A DNA stretch of 64,000 nt from Chiloscyllium plagiosum (lineage: Eukaryota). Shown piece by piece: positions 1 through 12,642 of this stretch (position 1 is its first letter; each line of letters opens with the position of its first letter). The notes beneath the pieces were generated by a model. The model made no database searches, was not told the DNA's origin, and was given only the letters and a program-made list of their open reading frames with translations. The stretch covers positions 88,393,355 through 88,457,354 of the forward strand of contig NC_057718.1 in NCBI RefSeq assembly GCF_004010195.1, in the 5' to 3' direction. Position numbers and translations under genes: made by a program.

Positions 1-252
1 CTAACTTTGAGTTTAACAGTTATAGCGCTGTGGTTCAAAAAATTACACTCCTATAAAATGACAAATCCACAGAATAAAACATATTTGAATGGTTACTTGT
101 CAGTTTTCGCTAAACATAACCTGGCAAATTTAAACAAGGAGATAGCAGAAAATCAAACAGAGCTCCAGCATGTGAACAGGGAAACAGTTCTTCAAGCATG
201 GCACTGTGGTTAACCTCAGGACATCCCATAGTAGTTTACAACCACTGAACCA

Positions 253-430
253 GAGTCATAGAGATGTGCAGCACGGAAACAGACCCTTCAGTCCAACTTG
301 TCCATGACCAGATATCCTAACATAATCTAGTCCCATTTGCCAGCACTTGGCCCAAATCCCTCTAAACCCTTCCTATTTGTATACCATCCAGATGCCTTTT
401 AAATGTTGTAATTGTACCAGCTCCCACCTA
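253..430 (-). mobile_element. CR1/HER1 LINE 3' end fragment
   Basis: agagtcatagagatgtgcagcacggaaacagacc... is the reverse complement of the CR1 3' tail repeated throughout the window. Confidence 0.8.
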
Positions 431-1239
431 CTTATAGAAACATAGTTTCTGCTGTAATTAAGGAAACGTGTCAATTAATTTTCACACAGCAAAATCTCAC
501 ATGCAGCAATGACTTTGGTTTAATGAATACCACAGAATTTCAGAATGTTTACAGCACTGAAGGAGGTCAGTCATCTGTGCATCCAGGTCAGCTTTGATTG
601 GAGTTCCCAATTTCATATCCTACATGCCACCAATGCCTGATCATTCCTACCCTTACAAATCGGATTGGTAAAGATTAATGTACTGTAAGTCTCTATCATT
701 CTTACTGGGGTAGCAGTTCAGTGGATACCTGTAGTATGCAAGGTTGCAGTTCTAGCCTGTAGGAACTCATTTGAAAGTTAGAAGCTCTGCAGTGGAGGCT
801 ACTTTCTCTGCATGTTAGACATTCTCACAATTCCCCATGCCGCCAATTCATCACTGTCTCCTCCTTCCTCTCCACAATGTGGGTGACACATCTGTAAATA
901 CTGGCCAAGTTTCTGACATACCCCTAGTGCTCATAACTGGAGAGAATTATTTCCACCACTCTAACAAACAACACAATCATGCCATCAAGGTTTAGCACTG
1001 GTGCATGGTAGTACATCCTATGACAGTACACCCTCAGAAAGAATGAGGTCCTCTGAAAACCTGTGAAACATGGATGTCCTGTGTTACTTGCTGCACAAAT
1101 CGAGGCCCTGGAATTCAAAGGAAAATCTAGTCACTTAGTGGTGGCAATGTCCCAGTGTTGACAACCATCATTCTCTATCCTGCCATAGCTCATCGATGAA
1201 ATGAAATCAATATGTGTGAGTCATTTGTAATCCAGCTTC

Positions 1240-4200
1240 ATTTTAATTTCAAAAATAAACTTTATTCATAAAAAAAAGTCTCTTTGTATATATACATTGA
1301 CGCAAAAGCGATTTGGTTCTGCATTGTTGCAAATCAAGCAAACAAACAAAACATTGAACTTTGAAGACAGCCTTGGGTACATTCTTCCCCCCCTTAGCCA
1401 GGGTTTTGTACATGGTGTCCCTGCAGATCCGGTCTATCTTAGACCTCCAGATGAAATGGAGGATGACTTGGATGACTGCGACTGCACAGTTTTGTGGAAT
1501 GGGCCAGACCTGCGCCACATACAACAGAGAGAGTCACACCTGATGACCAGCTTTTTGCCCTCATTGGAAAGGGAGCAGTGCTCCCAAAAGACCAGTTTCT
1601 GCTATACCTTGGCAATGCGCACCTCCCAAGATTTTGTGCATGCCAGAGTCCCTCCAAACCGTATTCCCAGCACCTTCAGGTAATCTGTCCTGATGGTGAA
1701 GGGGATAAAGGATCAGTCGGCCCAGTTCCCAAAGAGTATGGCCTCGTTCTTGCTTCAATTCACCTTAGCTCCCAAGGCCAGTTCAAACTAGTCGCAGGTG
1801 CTCATCAGTCTGCACACTGACAGCGGATCCAAGCAGTAAACAGCAATATCATCTATGTACAGAGAGGCTTTGACCTGCAAGCCCCCACTGACTGAATAGT
1901 CCACTCTCTCAGGCGCGCATCCTTCCTGATGGAATCAGCAAAGGGCTCAAGCAACATACAAACAAGACAGGAGGGAATGGGCAGCCCTGCCTGACTCCGG
2001 ATCTGAACGGGAAGCTTTCAGATTGCCACCCATTGGTTGAGACTGCGCTAACGATGTTGTTGTGGAGCAATTGGATCCAATTGTGGATTCCCTCCTCAAA
2101 GAGAGCACATCCTACATGTGGGTGTGTGATATCCTGAAAAAGGCCTTCTTTGCCCATACGGAATTTCACATTCCCCCCAAGATCCCATACTTCCCGCGGG
2201 AACCTGTGCCCCACAACCTGAGCCGCCTCTGGAATTTTAGTTTTGCCCCTTTTAGGGACATAAAAGGGCAGGCCCTGTATCGACTGGTGCTGCACACCAT
2301 CCACCTCTTCTCCCTCATCCACCGCCCAGACACGCCTTGGCGTGCCCATTGGCCACCGGGCGGTGGGGATCCCCAGTGGAGGGCTCTCCACGCAAGAGTC
2401 CTCCCCCTTTCTCTCGGGGATCTGGGGTGGAGGGTGCTGCATGCGGCAGTCCCCTGCAACCACAGATTGCGGTAGTTCACCAACTCCCAGCCCAACTGCT
2501 TGTTCTGTGGCGCTGTGGAGTCCGTGGACCATGTATATATTGGATGTGGGTGTTTGCACTCCCTTTTTGATTTTCTTAAAAATCTCCTTCTCTGTTTTTG
2601 GTTGCACTTCAGTCCCACGCTCCTGATCTTCGGGCACCCGGTACGGAGGGGGGAGGGCAGGTCTGGGGACCTCCTCGTTGGTCTGCTCTTGGGCCTGGCC
2701 AAACTGGCCATAAACAGGTCCAGGCAGCAGGCCATGGAGGGGGTCGTTAGGGCCGACTGCCTGCCCCTTTTCCGCAGTTATGTCAGAGCCCGGGTGTCCT
2801 TGGAGAAGGAGCAGGCGGTGTCCATCAACACCCTGGAGCTGTTCAGGGAGAGGTGGGTGCTACAGGGAGTGGAGTGCATTATTTCCCCCTCCAACTCTAT
2901 TTTGATTTAATCCCTGCCCTCCCCTTCACTGTTTGGTCACACAGCACTGCCCTTTGACGTGAAGGGCACTGCTTGTCACTGGCCAGTTGGGTGTTTCTTT
3001 TCTTCCTGGTGGTGGAAATTTGAATAAAGATTCGTGCACCTTGTGTCTCTCACTGTGTCTCACACCTGCACACACACAACATGGTCCTGGGGAAAAATAA
3101 GCACAAAAGAAAAGAAAAAATGAAAAAAAAAGAACAGAAGTCTCAGGGGTTCTGTTCACTCTGAGAGCTGGATCTGAGGGAGCTGAATCAGTGTCAAGGC
3201 CAAAAAAAAGACAAAGGCCTTCTCTTGGTTCAGGCTGATGAGGCAGGCGTCCACCCCCTGTCCTGCACGCAGACGATCGTATCCATGAGGACTGTGAGGC
3301 TCTCAGAGATTGTCCTGCATGGTACAGCCCATGATTGATTGGGGTGAATCACTTATCCCACAGCAGACCTGACCTGGTTGGCGATGACCTTAGACAGGGT
3401 TTTGTAACTTGCATTCAGCAGTGAAACGGGTCACCAATTTCTAATTCCCTCCCTCTCCCCCTTCCACTTGTGGATGAGGATGATGATACCTTTCCTCATG
3501 GATTTGCACATGCTCTCTGCCAGAAGCATACTGTTGTACCCCTCCAGCAGGTCCTTGCCAATCAAGTCTCACAGAGCTGAATGCAACTCGGCCGGTAAGC
3601 TGTCACTTCCAGGACTTTTATTCTTTTCTAAGGACTCGATGGCCTTGGTCAGCTCATCCAAGATAACGGCTGGTCCAGTCTCTCCTGCTTGCCATTGTTC
3701 AAGAAAACAGTGATGACTGGGAGCCCTATCTGTGTGTTTTGTGTCATACAGTCTGGCAGAAAAGGACTTGCTGATCCTCAGGATGAGTTGACGTTACCGA
3801 GCCATCTTCCTCCTTCAGGCTGCTGAGAACAGAGTTCTCCTTGTGAAACTTCCAGAAGAAGAAGTGCAAGCAGATCTCATCCTGCCCCACAGTGCGGATC
3901 CTGGACTAGAAGATCATCTTGGGGAAGCCTCTGAGGCAAAGAGTGAGGCTTGCTGGCCCTTCACCTCCTGGAGATTCTCCATGACATTGACCCCCATCGT
4001 CTGCTGCAGGAGTTGGGTCTGCATGGTTTTCTGGAGTCTGGACAGTTTTGCGTGCCTCCCTCTCACCTTCTGAACATCTTTGAGGATAAAGAACCTCGTG
4101 GTGTTCCCCCTGACTGTTTCTCACCAGTCTGCTGGAGACTCAAAGAGGAGCTTCATGGTTCTTCAAGCTATGTAATGTCTTTTGAGCCCCTCAATGTTTC

Positions 4201-4440
4201 CTGGGGTCAACAATTTAATGTTTAGCTTCCATGTTCTCTTGCTCATCCAGTATTGTTACGTCGGCCAGCAGGAGGCAGTGTTCAGAGAAGAACACCTGCT
4301 TGACATCGGTTGATCTGATAAGAACGTGCAGGACACAAACAGAAATCTACCCTTGAGCAGACGACCTGTCAGGCCGTGACCAGATGTAATCCAGCCCTCA
4401 GTTTTTTGCCAGCTCCCTGACTCCCCATCTCTGACTGAGT
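1240..4440 (-). mobile_element. Degenerate Tx1/L1-clade non-LTR retrotransposon (APE endonuclease + RT fragments), interrupted by a second Tx1 insertion
   Basis: Minus-strand motifs GVRQGCP, SLYIDD, SLNQEKAF, PVSLLNASYK, PGSDSLPAE and an APE C-terminal FFSEH-like motif. AATAAA and an A-rich end near 1250. Confidence 0.8.
2150..3212 (+). mobile_element. 5'-truncated Tx1-clade LINE (ORF2 C-terminal zinc knuckle, 3' UTR, A-tail) nested in the older Tx1
   Basis: CLFCGAVESVDHVYIGC zf-RVT motif, stop at 2910, AATAAA near 3024, A-rich tail. 11-bp TSD aaaggccttct at 2139-2149 and 3213-3223. Confidence 0.85.
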
Positions 4441-4804
4441 ATCTTGCAGATGTACCAGTTGTCTCCATGCTAGCCTCCTCTGCCTCAGTGAGCTTGACTA
4501 TCCATATCTTGCCACCTCCAGTCTTTTCCCTCTCCTTTGCGTTTTTGTCCTCTTCTACAAAGGGTGAAGGAACTGTCTAGGATGTAACTGAGTGTTAGAT
4601 ATTCTACTGCTGGATTCAGTGATTTTGATTAATTTGGCTCTAAGAAGCATGCAACACATTGGCCAAGGAAAGTGGACAGTGGATGGGTAAGTTGGGGGGT
4701 GGGAGCTGATAAAATGAGCTGAATGTAAAGGCAATGTGTAGCAGAATGGTGAGACGGTGTGAGGAATAATGGGATGAAGCGGACTAAACACTTTGAAGGT
4801 AAGT

Positions 4805-4943
4805 TAAAAATGTAGTGTTGGAAAAAGGCTTATGCCCGAAATGTCGATTCTCCTGCTCCTCGGATGCTGCCTGGCCTGCTGTATTTTTCCAGCACCACAT
4901 TTTTCAACTCTGGTCTCCAGCATCTGCAGTCCTCACTTTCTCC
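4805..4943 (+). mobile_element. Short Penelope-like pLTR insertion with short 5' inversion
   Basis: 16-bp TSD cactttgaaggtaagt (4789-4804, 4944-4959). Ends in ctcactttctcc like the other copies; partial hammerhead (gcccgaaatgtcg). Confidence 0.8.
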
Positions 4944-6614
4944 CACTTTGAAGGTAAGTGCCAGTTTTCTTTCTCTGAATGCTAAGAGAAAGTTTGTTTC
5001 TTCTCCTTCAGACCACCCCCAGCGGTAATTCCAATGTGAATCTAAATGTGACCCTTGTTCTATATCTACCCTCAAATCTAAGTATTGGTCCCTTTAACAA
5101 AATTGCTCCACGTGCAATCCGCATAAACTTCTGTGCAACTTGGTCACACAAAACTCAGAAATCAAAAGTAATTGATGTAATTAAATTGAGGTTGCAGAAT
5201 TGGACATGCTCAGTTCACACAATTCCATTCCCTTTCGTCATGTGGGAACCATACTCAGATTAATTTTTTGGGGGCCTGAGGAACAGAGGAGGTGATGTGG
5301 TCAGGTTAACTGCAACGCGGATAATGATGCAACAGCAGGACACTGAACACTATTCACATTCGGAACAAGAAAGGAAAATTCAAAGGACAATTAACCATAG
5401 TGGTATTTTGAGGATTACGATTGTCGTGTTCAGGGCTTGACTGCGGTCACAATCAATGGATTAACTATAGCATTGTTCAGAGGATTGACTGTAGTATTAT
5501 TGTCTAAATAGAGCGTGGGAGAAAGCACAGGTTTCCATTATGAGACTCAGGAAGCTAGATGTAGGAGATGGATCACATATCATACCAGCTTTTAATTGCT
5601 TCATCTCCAGCAGCACAAGGGAGAGGTGTTAGACAAATTCGAAAAGCTGAGACAGGATTTAAATTATAGACAAGACTTGGAGCTTTACCAACAGTTAAGA
5701 GTTGTTGGAATGATGAAGTGAAACCTAGTGCTCCACCAAATTCTTCTGAGACAAGAATTATAAATTTTGAATAATAGAATAAAGAGTTTAAAGTTAAGCA
5801 AATGTTACCTGCCTGATCCAAATTTGATGAAAGGGCAAAACAAAAAGAACTTCAGATGAGTTCATTTCATACCATCAGTGACTAAATTGCAAGGACTAAT
5901 TAGGGGGCTAACACAGGTTCAGAAAGAATAGCTGATCCTTGTTTAATCCAGAGGAATTTTGTTTGGAAGTTGCCGAATGGGAACTGAAGGGAATGGACTG
6001 CCATGTGGTATATTTGAACTGTCAGAAAACTTCTGATAAAATGCCATATGAGAGACTTTTTTTGAGATTAAAGGGATGGTTTGAAGATGGAAAGCAAAGT
6101 GTAGGAGTAAATGGATGTCTTTTGGACAGGCAACTAAATGCATACTTCAACGTTTTATGTTTTGACCTTTCATAACTAGGAAAGTAATAGTTAAAGTCTA
6201 GAACTCATTTGAACATTTAGTGAATAATTTGGGAAAACAAATACTGAATGTGGATCAATTTGAACAATTAGACGGAATTAAGAGGAAGGCAGCTAATTTT
6301 AAGTTAGCAAACAGCCTTTACCCAAACTCCTGTTATGTGTTAGGCTCGTAAACAAACTATGTAGTCAGCTTTGAGAATGTCTATTTCTATAAGTTAGTAT
6401 CAAAGACTGTGCTTTGAAAAGGCATGTTCAGATACTCATAAAAAAATGACAGGAAATGACAATTAACAGGACAGATAATTTATTTTACACTGGTATGCTA
6501 CAAATCTGTTCCCTTGTATCTGGTGAACTAAGAAAGCTGCTAGGATGTAACTCAGATATTATTTAATATCTTCTCACTGCAGCGTCTAAGCGGATGTACC
6601 TGAGGGAGTTGTAG

Positions 6615-7020
6615 AGTCATAGAGTCAGAGCTGTACAGCATAGAAACAGACCTAACTCATTCATGCTGACTAGATATCCGAAATTAACCTAGCCCCATTT
6701 GCGAGCATATCCCATATCCTTATAAACCCTTCCTATCCATATACCTATCCAGATGCCTTTTAAATGTTGCAATTTTACTAGCTTCCACCACTTCCTCTGG
6801 CAGCTCATTCCATTCATGTATCACCCTCTGTGTGAAACAAATTGCCCCTTAGATCTCTTTTATATCTTTCCCCTCTCACCCTAAACCTATGCCCTCTAGT
6901 TCTGGACTCCCCCACGGCGGGGGGAAAAGACCTTGTCTATTTACACTATCCATGTCCCTCATGATTTTACAAACTTCTACAAGGTCACTCCGCAGCCTCC
7001 AATGCTCCAGGGAAAATTGT
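6615..7020 (-). mobile_element. CR1/HER1 LINE 3' fragment
   Basis: Matches the CR1 ORF2 C-terminus and 3' UTR seen at 14528-15033. Confidence 0.8.
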
Positions 7021-7226
7021 TCAAAATGGTATCCTCTGCTCGCTACTTCCTTTTCCTTTCTCCTTCTTGGTTTTCATCTTTACAGCAGTTTTCTCCTTGC
7101 CCTCCTTCAAACTTCTTAAATTATCCCGCCCTAGTTCTTAAACTATCCTCTCTACAAAGGCAGACCAGCCTCAGAGTGAGGAGCAGAGCGAGTCCTGGAA
7201 GGAGGCCAGCATGTGGAAGTCTTCGA

Positions 7227-7768
7227 GGAGAAAGTGAGGTCTGCAGACGCTGGAGATCAAAGCTGAAACTTTATTGCTGGAACAGCACAGCAGGTCAGGC
7301 AGCATCCAGGGAACAGGAGATTCGACGTTTCGGGCACATGCCCTTCTTCAGGAATGAGCAGAGAGTGTTCAGCAGGAGAAGATAAAAGGTAGGGAGGAGG
7401 GACTTGGAGGAGGGGCGTTGGAAATGTGATAGGTGGAAAGAGGTCAAGGTGAAGGTGATAGGTCGGAGTAGGGTGGAGGCGGAGAGGTCAAGAAGAAGAC
7501 TGCAGGTCAGGAAGGCGGTGCCGGGCTGGAGGGATTCGGCTGAGACAAGGTGGGGGGAGGGGGGATGAAGAAACTGGTGAAGTCCAAGTTCATCCCCTGT
7601 GGTTGGAGGGTTCCCAGTCGGAAGATAAGACGCTCCTCCTCCGACCGTCGCGTTGTTGTGGTTTGGCGGTGGATGAGTCCAATGACCTGCATATCCTCGG
7701 TGGAGTGGGAGGGGGAGTTGAAATGCTGTGCTACAGGGTGATTGGGTTGGTTCGTCCGGGTGGCCCAA
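7227..7768 (-). mobile_element. Penelope-like element 3' fragment (GIY-YIG C-terminus + pLTR with hammerhead motif)
   Basis: HPVAQHFNSPSH...RRSEEERLIFRLGTLQPQGMN, followed by a pLTR containing ATTCCTGAAGAAGGGCATGTGCCCGAAACGTCGAAT. Confidence 0.85.
7320..7355 (-). ncRNA. Minimal type I hammerhead ribozyme motif
   Basis: AUUC-CUGAAGA-A-GGGC(AUGU)GCCC-GAAA-CG-UC^GAAU: intact core, 4-bp stems I and II, palindromic ACGU in place of stem III. Confidence 0.7.
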
Positions 7769-7974
7769 GGCCTCGTGCTCTGAGGCCTGGTGCGTACAGG
7801 CTTAGATTGGAAAGGACTATAAGGACTGCAGCTTGAGTACTTCATAGACACTTGTTATTCTCATTCTGGACCTTTAAACTCTGCATTCGCATGCTAATCT
7901 ATTTTTCTACTATCTCAAATTCTGTGACAACACTTCAAGTATCTGTAATTAAGATGGCACCAAGAAGCGACATT

Positions 7975-8311
7975 ACTCAGAATCAGATTCCCTACAGTGT
8001 GGAAACAAGCCATTCAGCCCAACAAGTCCACACTGACTCTCCAAAGAGTATCCCACCCAAACCCATTCCTCTACCCTATATTTACCCCTGACTAACGCAC
8101 CTAATCTACATATCCCTAAACACTATTGGCAATTTAGCATGGCCAATTCACCTAACCTGCACATCTTTGGACTGTGGGAGGAAACCGGAGCACCCGGAGG
8201 AAACCCACACAGACACGGGGAGAACGTGCAAACTCCACACAGACAGTCGTCCGAGCCTGGAATCGAACCTGGGTCCTGACGCTGTGAGGTAGCAGTGCTA
8301 ACCACTGAGCC
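7975..8311 (-). mobile_element. HE1-type V-SINE
   Basis: tRNA-like head (ggctcagtggttagcactgc...ggttcgattcc), V-domain gggtttcctccgggtgctccggtttcctccca, CR1-like tail. Confidence 0.85.
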
Positions 8312-8354
8312 CTCATTCAAGTGCATGGGACAATAAAGGCTATTCTGTTTTAAA

Positions 8355-9730
8355 AACAGTCCCAGCTTATTCAGCATCTCTCTATAGCTCAAGCCCTCCA
8401 ACTCTGGCAACATCCTTGTAAATCTTTTCTGAATCCTTTCAAGTTGCACAACATCCTTCCTATAGCAGGGAGACCAGAATGGCATGCAGTATTCCAAAAG
8501 TGGCCTAACCAATAGACAATAGATGCAGGAGTAGGCCATTCTGCCCTTCGAGCCAGCACCAGTATTCATTATGATCATGGCTGATCATCCTCAATCAGTA
8601 TCCTGTTCCTGCCTTATCCCCATTACCCTTGATTCCACTATCCTTAAGAGCTCTATCCAACTCTTTCTTGAAAGTATCCAGAGGCCTGGCCTCCACAGCC
8701 TTCTGGGGCAGAGCATTCCATACACCCACCACTCTCTGGGTGAAGAAGTTTCTCCTCAACTCTGTTCTAATTGGCCTATCCCTTATTTTTTAACTGTGTC
8801 CTCTGGTTCGGGACTCACCCATCAGCGGACACATGCTTCTTGCCTCCAGAGTGTCCAATCCTTTAATAATCTTATATGTCTCAATCAGATCCCCTCTCAG
8901 TCTTCTAAACTCAAGGGTATACAAGCCCAGTCGCTCCAATCTTTCAGCGTAAGATAGTCCCGCCATTCCGGGAATTGACCTCGTGAACCTACACTGCACT
9001 CCCTCAATAGCCAGAATGTCTTTCCTCAAATTTGGAGACCAAAACTGCGCACAATATTCCAGGTGCAGTCTCACCAGGGCCCTGTACAGCTGCAGAAGGA
9101 CTCTTTGCTTCTATACTCAATTCCTCTTGTTATGAAGGCCAGCATGCTATTAGCTTTCTTCACTGCCTGCTGTACCTGCATTCTTGCTTTCATTGACTGA
9201 TGTACAAGAACACCTATATCTCGTTGTACTGTCCCTTTACCTAACTTGACTCCATTTAGGTTCTTGCCACCAAAGTGGATAACCACACATTTATCCACAT
9301 TAATCTGCATCTGCCATGCATCCGTCCACTCACCTAGCCTGTCCAGGTCACCCTGGATCCTCCTAACATCCTCCTCACATTTCACCCTGCCACGCAGCTT
9401 TGTGTCATCAGCAAATTTGCTAATATTACTTTTAATACCTTCACCTATACCAATGTCCTATACAGCCATGATGTGACCTCCCAACTCCTGTAGTCAATGC
9501 TCTGGCCAATGAAGGCAAGCATACCTTCTTCCATTTTCAAGGAACTATAAACTATAAACTTGCACTCCAAGGTTTCTTTGTTCAACAACACTCCCTTAAT
9601 GGTAATTACCTTACCATTAATTAAATTCTGTACTGATTTGCTTTTCCAAAATGCAGCACCTCACATTTATTTAAATTATACTCCATCTGCCATTCCTTAG
9701 CCCATTGGCCCATGATTCAGATCCATCAAC
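8355..9730 (-). mobile_element. CR1/HER1 fragment interrupted by a second CR1-family LINE (8514-9448)
   Basis: ORF2 motifs LVRPLLEYC, LEYCAQFWSP, RRLRGDLIETYK, IQGDLDRL. The inner element is bounded by accaat (8508-8513, 9449-9454). Confidence 0.8.
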
Positions 9731-10019
9731 ATCAAAGGACATTTTTGATTATGTCATTTCTATTGGAGCTTTTAGCTCCCAAGGTAATGTTGAAGATAGT
9801 GGTGTTTGTCCAACTCTTTTCAGTCTAACCAGGGGTTGCTAATTAGAAACCTCTAAGTTCTCCCATTGAAAGGTCTATGTCTAATGCACTGTAATAAGAT
9901 GTAGTAGTATTACTGGAGAATTGACACACAGGTTGAGGTGATATTCCCCAGGGGAGGGGCTGATGATGGATTCCAGTTCCCCATGCCTACTGGTTGCAAC
10001 CACCTCTCGCTCTCTCTCC

Positions 10020-11525
10020 AGAGATGATTCCACTCCAGGACAGCCCAGATGTTCTCCTACTTTGAGGACCGCAGTTTCCCCTCCCCTGTGATCAATGATG
10101 CCCTTAACAGTGTCTCCTCCATTTCCCACACCTTTGCCCTCAAACAAAAGCCCTACAACCATAATAACGATAGAGTCCCCTGGTCCTCACATTTCACCCC
10201 ACTAATCTCCAAGTCCAAAGCATCATCTCCCGCCATTTCTACCACCCCAACACAAAAATGATATTTCCCTCCCTATCCCTATCTGATTTTCACAGGGACC
10301 TTTCCCTCCGTGACTCCCACGTTAAGTCCACACTCTCCACTAGCTGCTCCTCCACACCTGAAACCTTCCCCTGTGGCCTCAGGAGGTGCAAAACCTGCCC
10401 CCACCTCTCCCCCCTCACCTGTATCCAAGACCCCAAAGAATCATTCCAAGTCCTGCAGAGATTCATGTGTATTTCCTCCAACGTGATTTACTGCATCCAT
10501 TGCTCCCAATGTGGTCTCCTCTACATTGGAGAGACTGAGTGCAAACCCGGGAACTGGTTCATGGAACATCAAAGGTCTGAATGCTCCAATCAACCCTACC
10601 ATCTGATTGCCAGCCATTTCAACTCCACTTCCCACTCCCCCGACAACGTGTCTATCCTGGTCCTCCTCCATTGTCAACACAATGCAAACTGGAGGAAGTT
10701 CACCTCATCTTCTCCTTTGGGAGCTTACAACCATATGGCCTCAACAAAGAATTCACCAGCTTTCAAATCTCCCCACATCCCCACCTCATCCAAGGCCCAG
10801 CCCTCCCACTCCACCCTGCCCTTAACCTGACCCTACCTGTCCATCTTCCTTGCCACCCATTCGCTCCACCCTTCCCACTGACCAATTACAGCCACCTCTT
10901 ACATGCATCCACCTATCGCCACCCCACCCACCTTTTTCCCTAGCCCCACCCCATCCTCTACTTACTTTCAAACCCTTTCCCCTCTCCTGACTTGAGGGAA
11001 GGCCACCCCACCCACCTTTTTCCCTAGCCCCACCCCATCCTCTACTTACTTTCAAACCCTTTCCCCTCTCCTGACTTGAGGGAAGGCCACCCCACCCACC
11101 TTTTTCCCTAGCCCCACCCCATCCTCTACTTACTTTCAAACCCTTTCCCCTCTCCTGACTTGAGGGAAGGCCACCCCACCCACCTTTTTCCCTAGCCCCA
11201 CCCCATCCTCTACTTACTTTCAAACCCTTTCCCCTCTCCTGACTTGAGGGAAGGCCACCCCACCCACCTTTTTCCCTAGCCCCACCCCATCCTCTACTTA
11301 CTTTCAAACCCTTTCCCCTCTCCTGACTTGAGGGAAGGCCACCCCACCCACCTTTTTCCCTAGCCCCACCCCATCCTCTACTTACTTTCAAACCCTTTCC
11401 CCTCTCCTGACTTGAGGGAAGGTTCCAACCTAAAACGTTGAATGCTGCTTGATTTGTTGTGTTTTTTCCTGCTCCACTCTTTTTCCACTCTGACTCTCTA
11501 GCATCTGTCGACCTCACTATCTCTC
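10020..11525 (+). mobile_element. Penelope-like element (Neptune-type) 3' portion with GIY-YIG endonuclease
   Basis: CGLRRCKTC Cys linker, NVIYCIHCSQCGLLYIGET, HLIASHFNSTSH and LQPYGLN, followed by a degenerate pLTR. Confidence 0.85.
10919..11422. repeat. Minisatellite, 6 x 84 bp perfect tandem repeat inside the PLE 3' region
   Basis: Unit ccaccccacccacctttttccctagcc...gacttgagggaagg. Produces the 28-aa repeat in ORF 10822-11517. Confidence 0.95.
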
Positions 11526-11582
11526 CCTCCAGAAATAACTGGCTGTGGATGAGCTGTGGAAGACAGACAGGCAGTTATCATT

Positions 11583-12340
11583 GAGTCAGAGATGTACAGC
11601 ACAGAAACAGACCCACTGGTCCAACTTGTCCATGTCAACTAGATATCTTAAATTAATCTAGTCCCATTTGCCAGCACTTAGCCCAAATTCCTCGAAACCC
11701 TTCCTATTCATCCGGATGCCTTTCAAATACTGTAATTGTACCAGTCTCCACCACTTCCTCTGGCAATTCATTCCATACACGCACCACCCTCTGCATGAAA
11801 ATGTTGCCCTTTAGGTCTTTTTATATCTTTCCCCTCTCAACCTAAACTTATGCCCACTAGTTCTGGACTCTCCTATGCCAAGAAAAAGATCTTATCTATT
11901 TACCCTATCCATGCCCCTCATGATTTTATAAACCTCTGTAAAGTCTGTCTCAGCCTCCGATGCTCCGGGGAAAACAGCCCCAGCCTGTTCAGCCTCTCCC
12001 CATAGCCCAAACCCTCCAACCCTGGCAACACCTTTGTAAATCAGAGGTCATGCTTTCAAGGTGAGAGGTGAAAAGTTTAAGAGGGATACACGAGGCAAGT
12101 ACTTCACACAGAGGGTGGTGGGCGTTTGGAACCCGTTGCCAGCAGAGGTGGTAGAGGCAGGCACGGTAGATTCATTCAAGATGCGTCTGGACAGATGCAT
12201 GAGTAGGTGGGGATCAGAGGGATACAAATACTTAGGAATTGACTGACAGGTTTAGACAGTACATTTGGATTAGCTCAAACTTGAAGGGCCGAAGGACCTC
12301 TTCCTGGGCTGTAAATTGTCTTTGTTCTTTGTTCTTCTTT
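11583..12340. mobile_element. Two abutting CR1 3' fragments (11583-12040 minus; 12043-12340 plus)
   Basis: FTQRVVGVWNPLP motif, (ttgttct)n tail, and a reverse CR1 tail at 11583. Confidence 0.75.
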
Positions 12341-12642
12341 CTTAGTATTGACCAAAAATTAAAGGAATAATGTTAAGGGAGGAATAAAGGAACAATGTTT
12401 AAATAATAACCACCATTAATATCACAAAAGAAAATCCACAAGAAAAGTATTCGGTTTATCTACTGTTGAATGTCCCCTTTACCATCTCCTATTCAGACCT
12501 GTGGATGGTCACGTTTGGCTAGGTGGGGAAGCCTAAACCAAAGGTTTCAGATCCATGCTGAGTGTGTACAGATTAGGATCATTGGACAGTAGTGCAACCA
12601 GGAATTGAGGAGTAGCGTTTTCAGATAATGAAAGAGGAAAAG

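Noticed and set aside
1909..2637. 242-aa minus-strand ORF
   Set aside because: Chimera of the antisense of the nested Tx1 and an RT fragment of the host Tx1.
10919..11422. Regular repeat array resembling CRISPR
   Set aside because: Units are contiguous and identical with no unique spacers; vertebrate DNA with no cas genes.
10822..11517. 231-aa ORF with 28-aa repeats
   Set aside because: Translation of the 84-bp minisatellite antisense to a PLE; no evidence of a gene.
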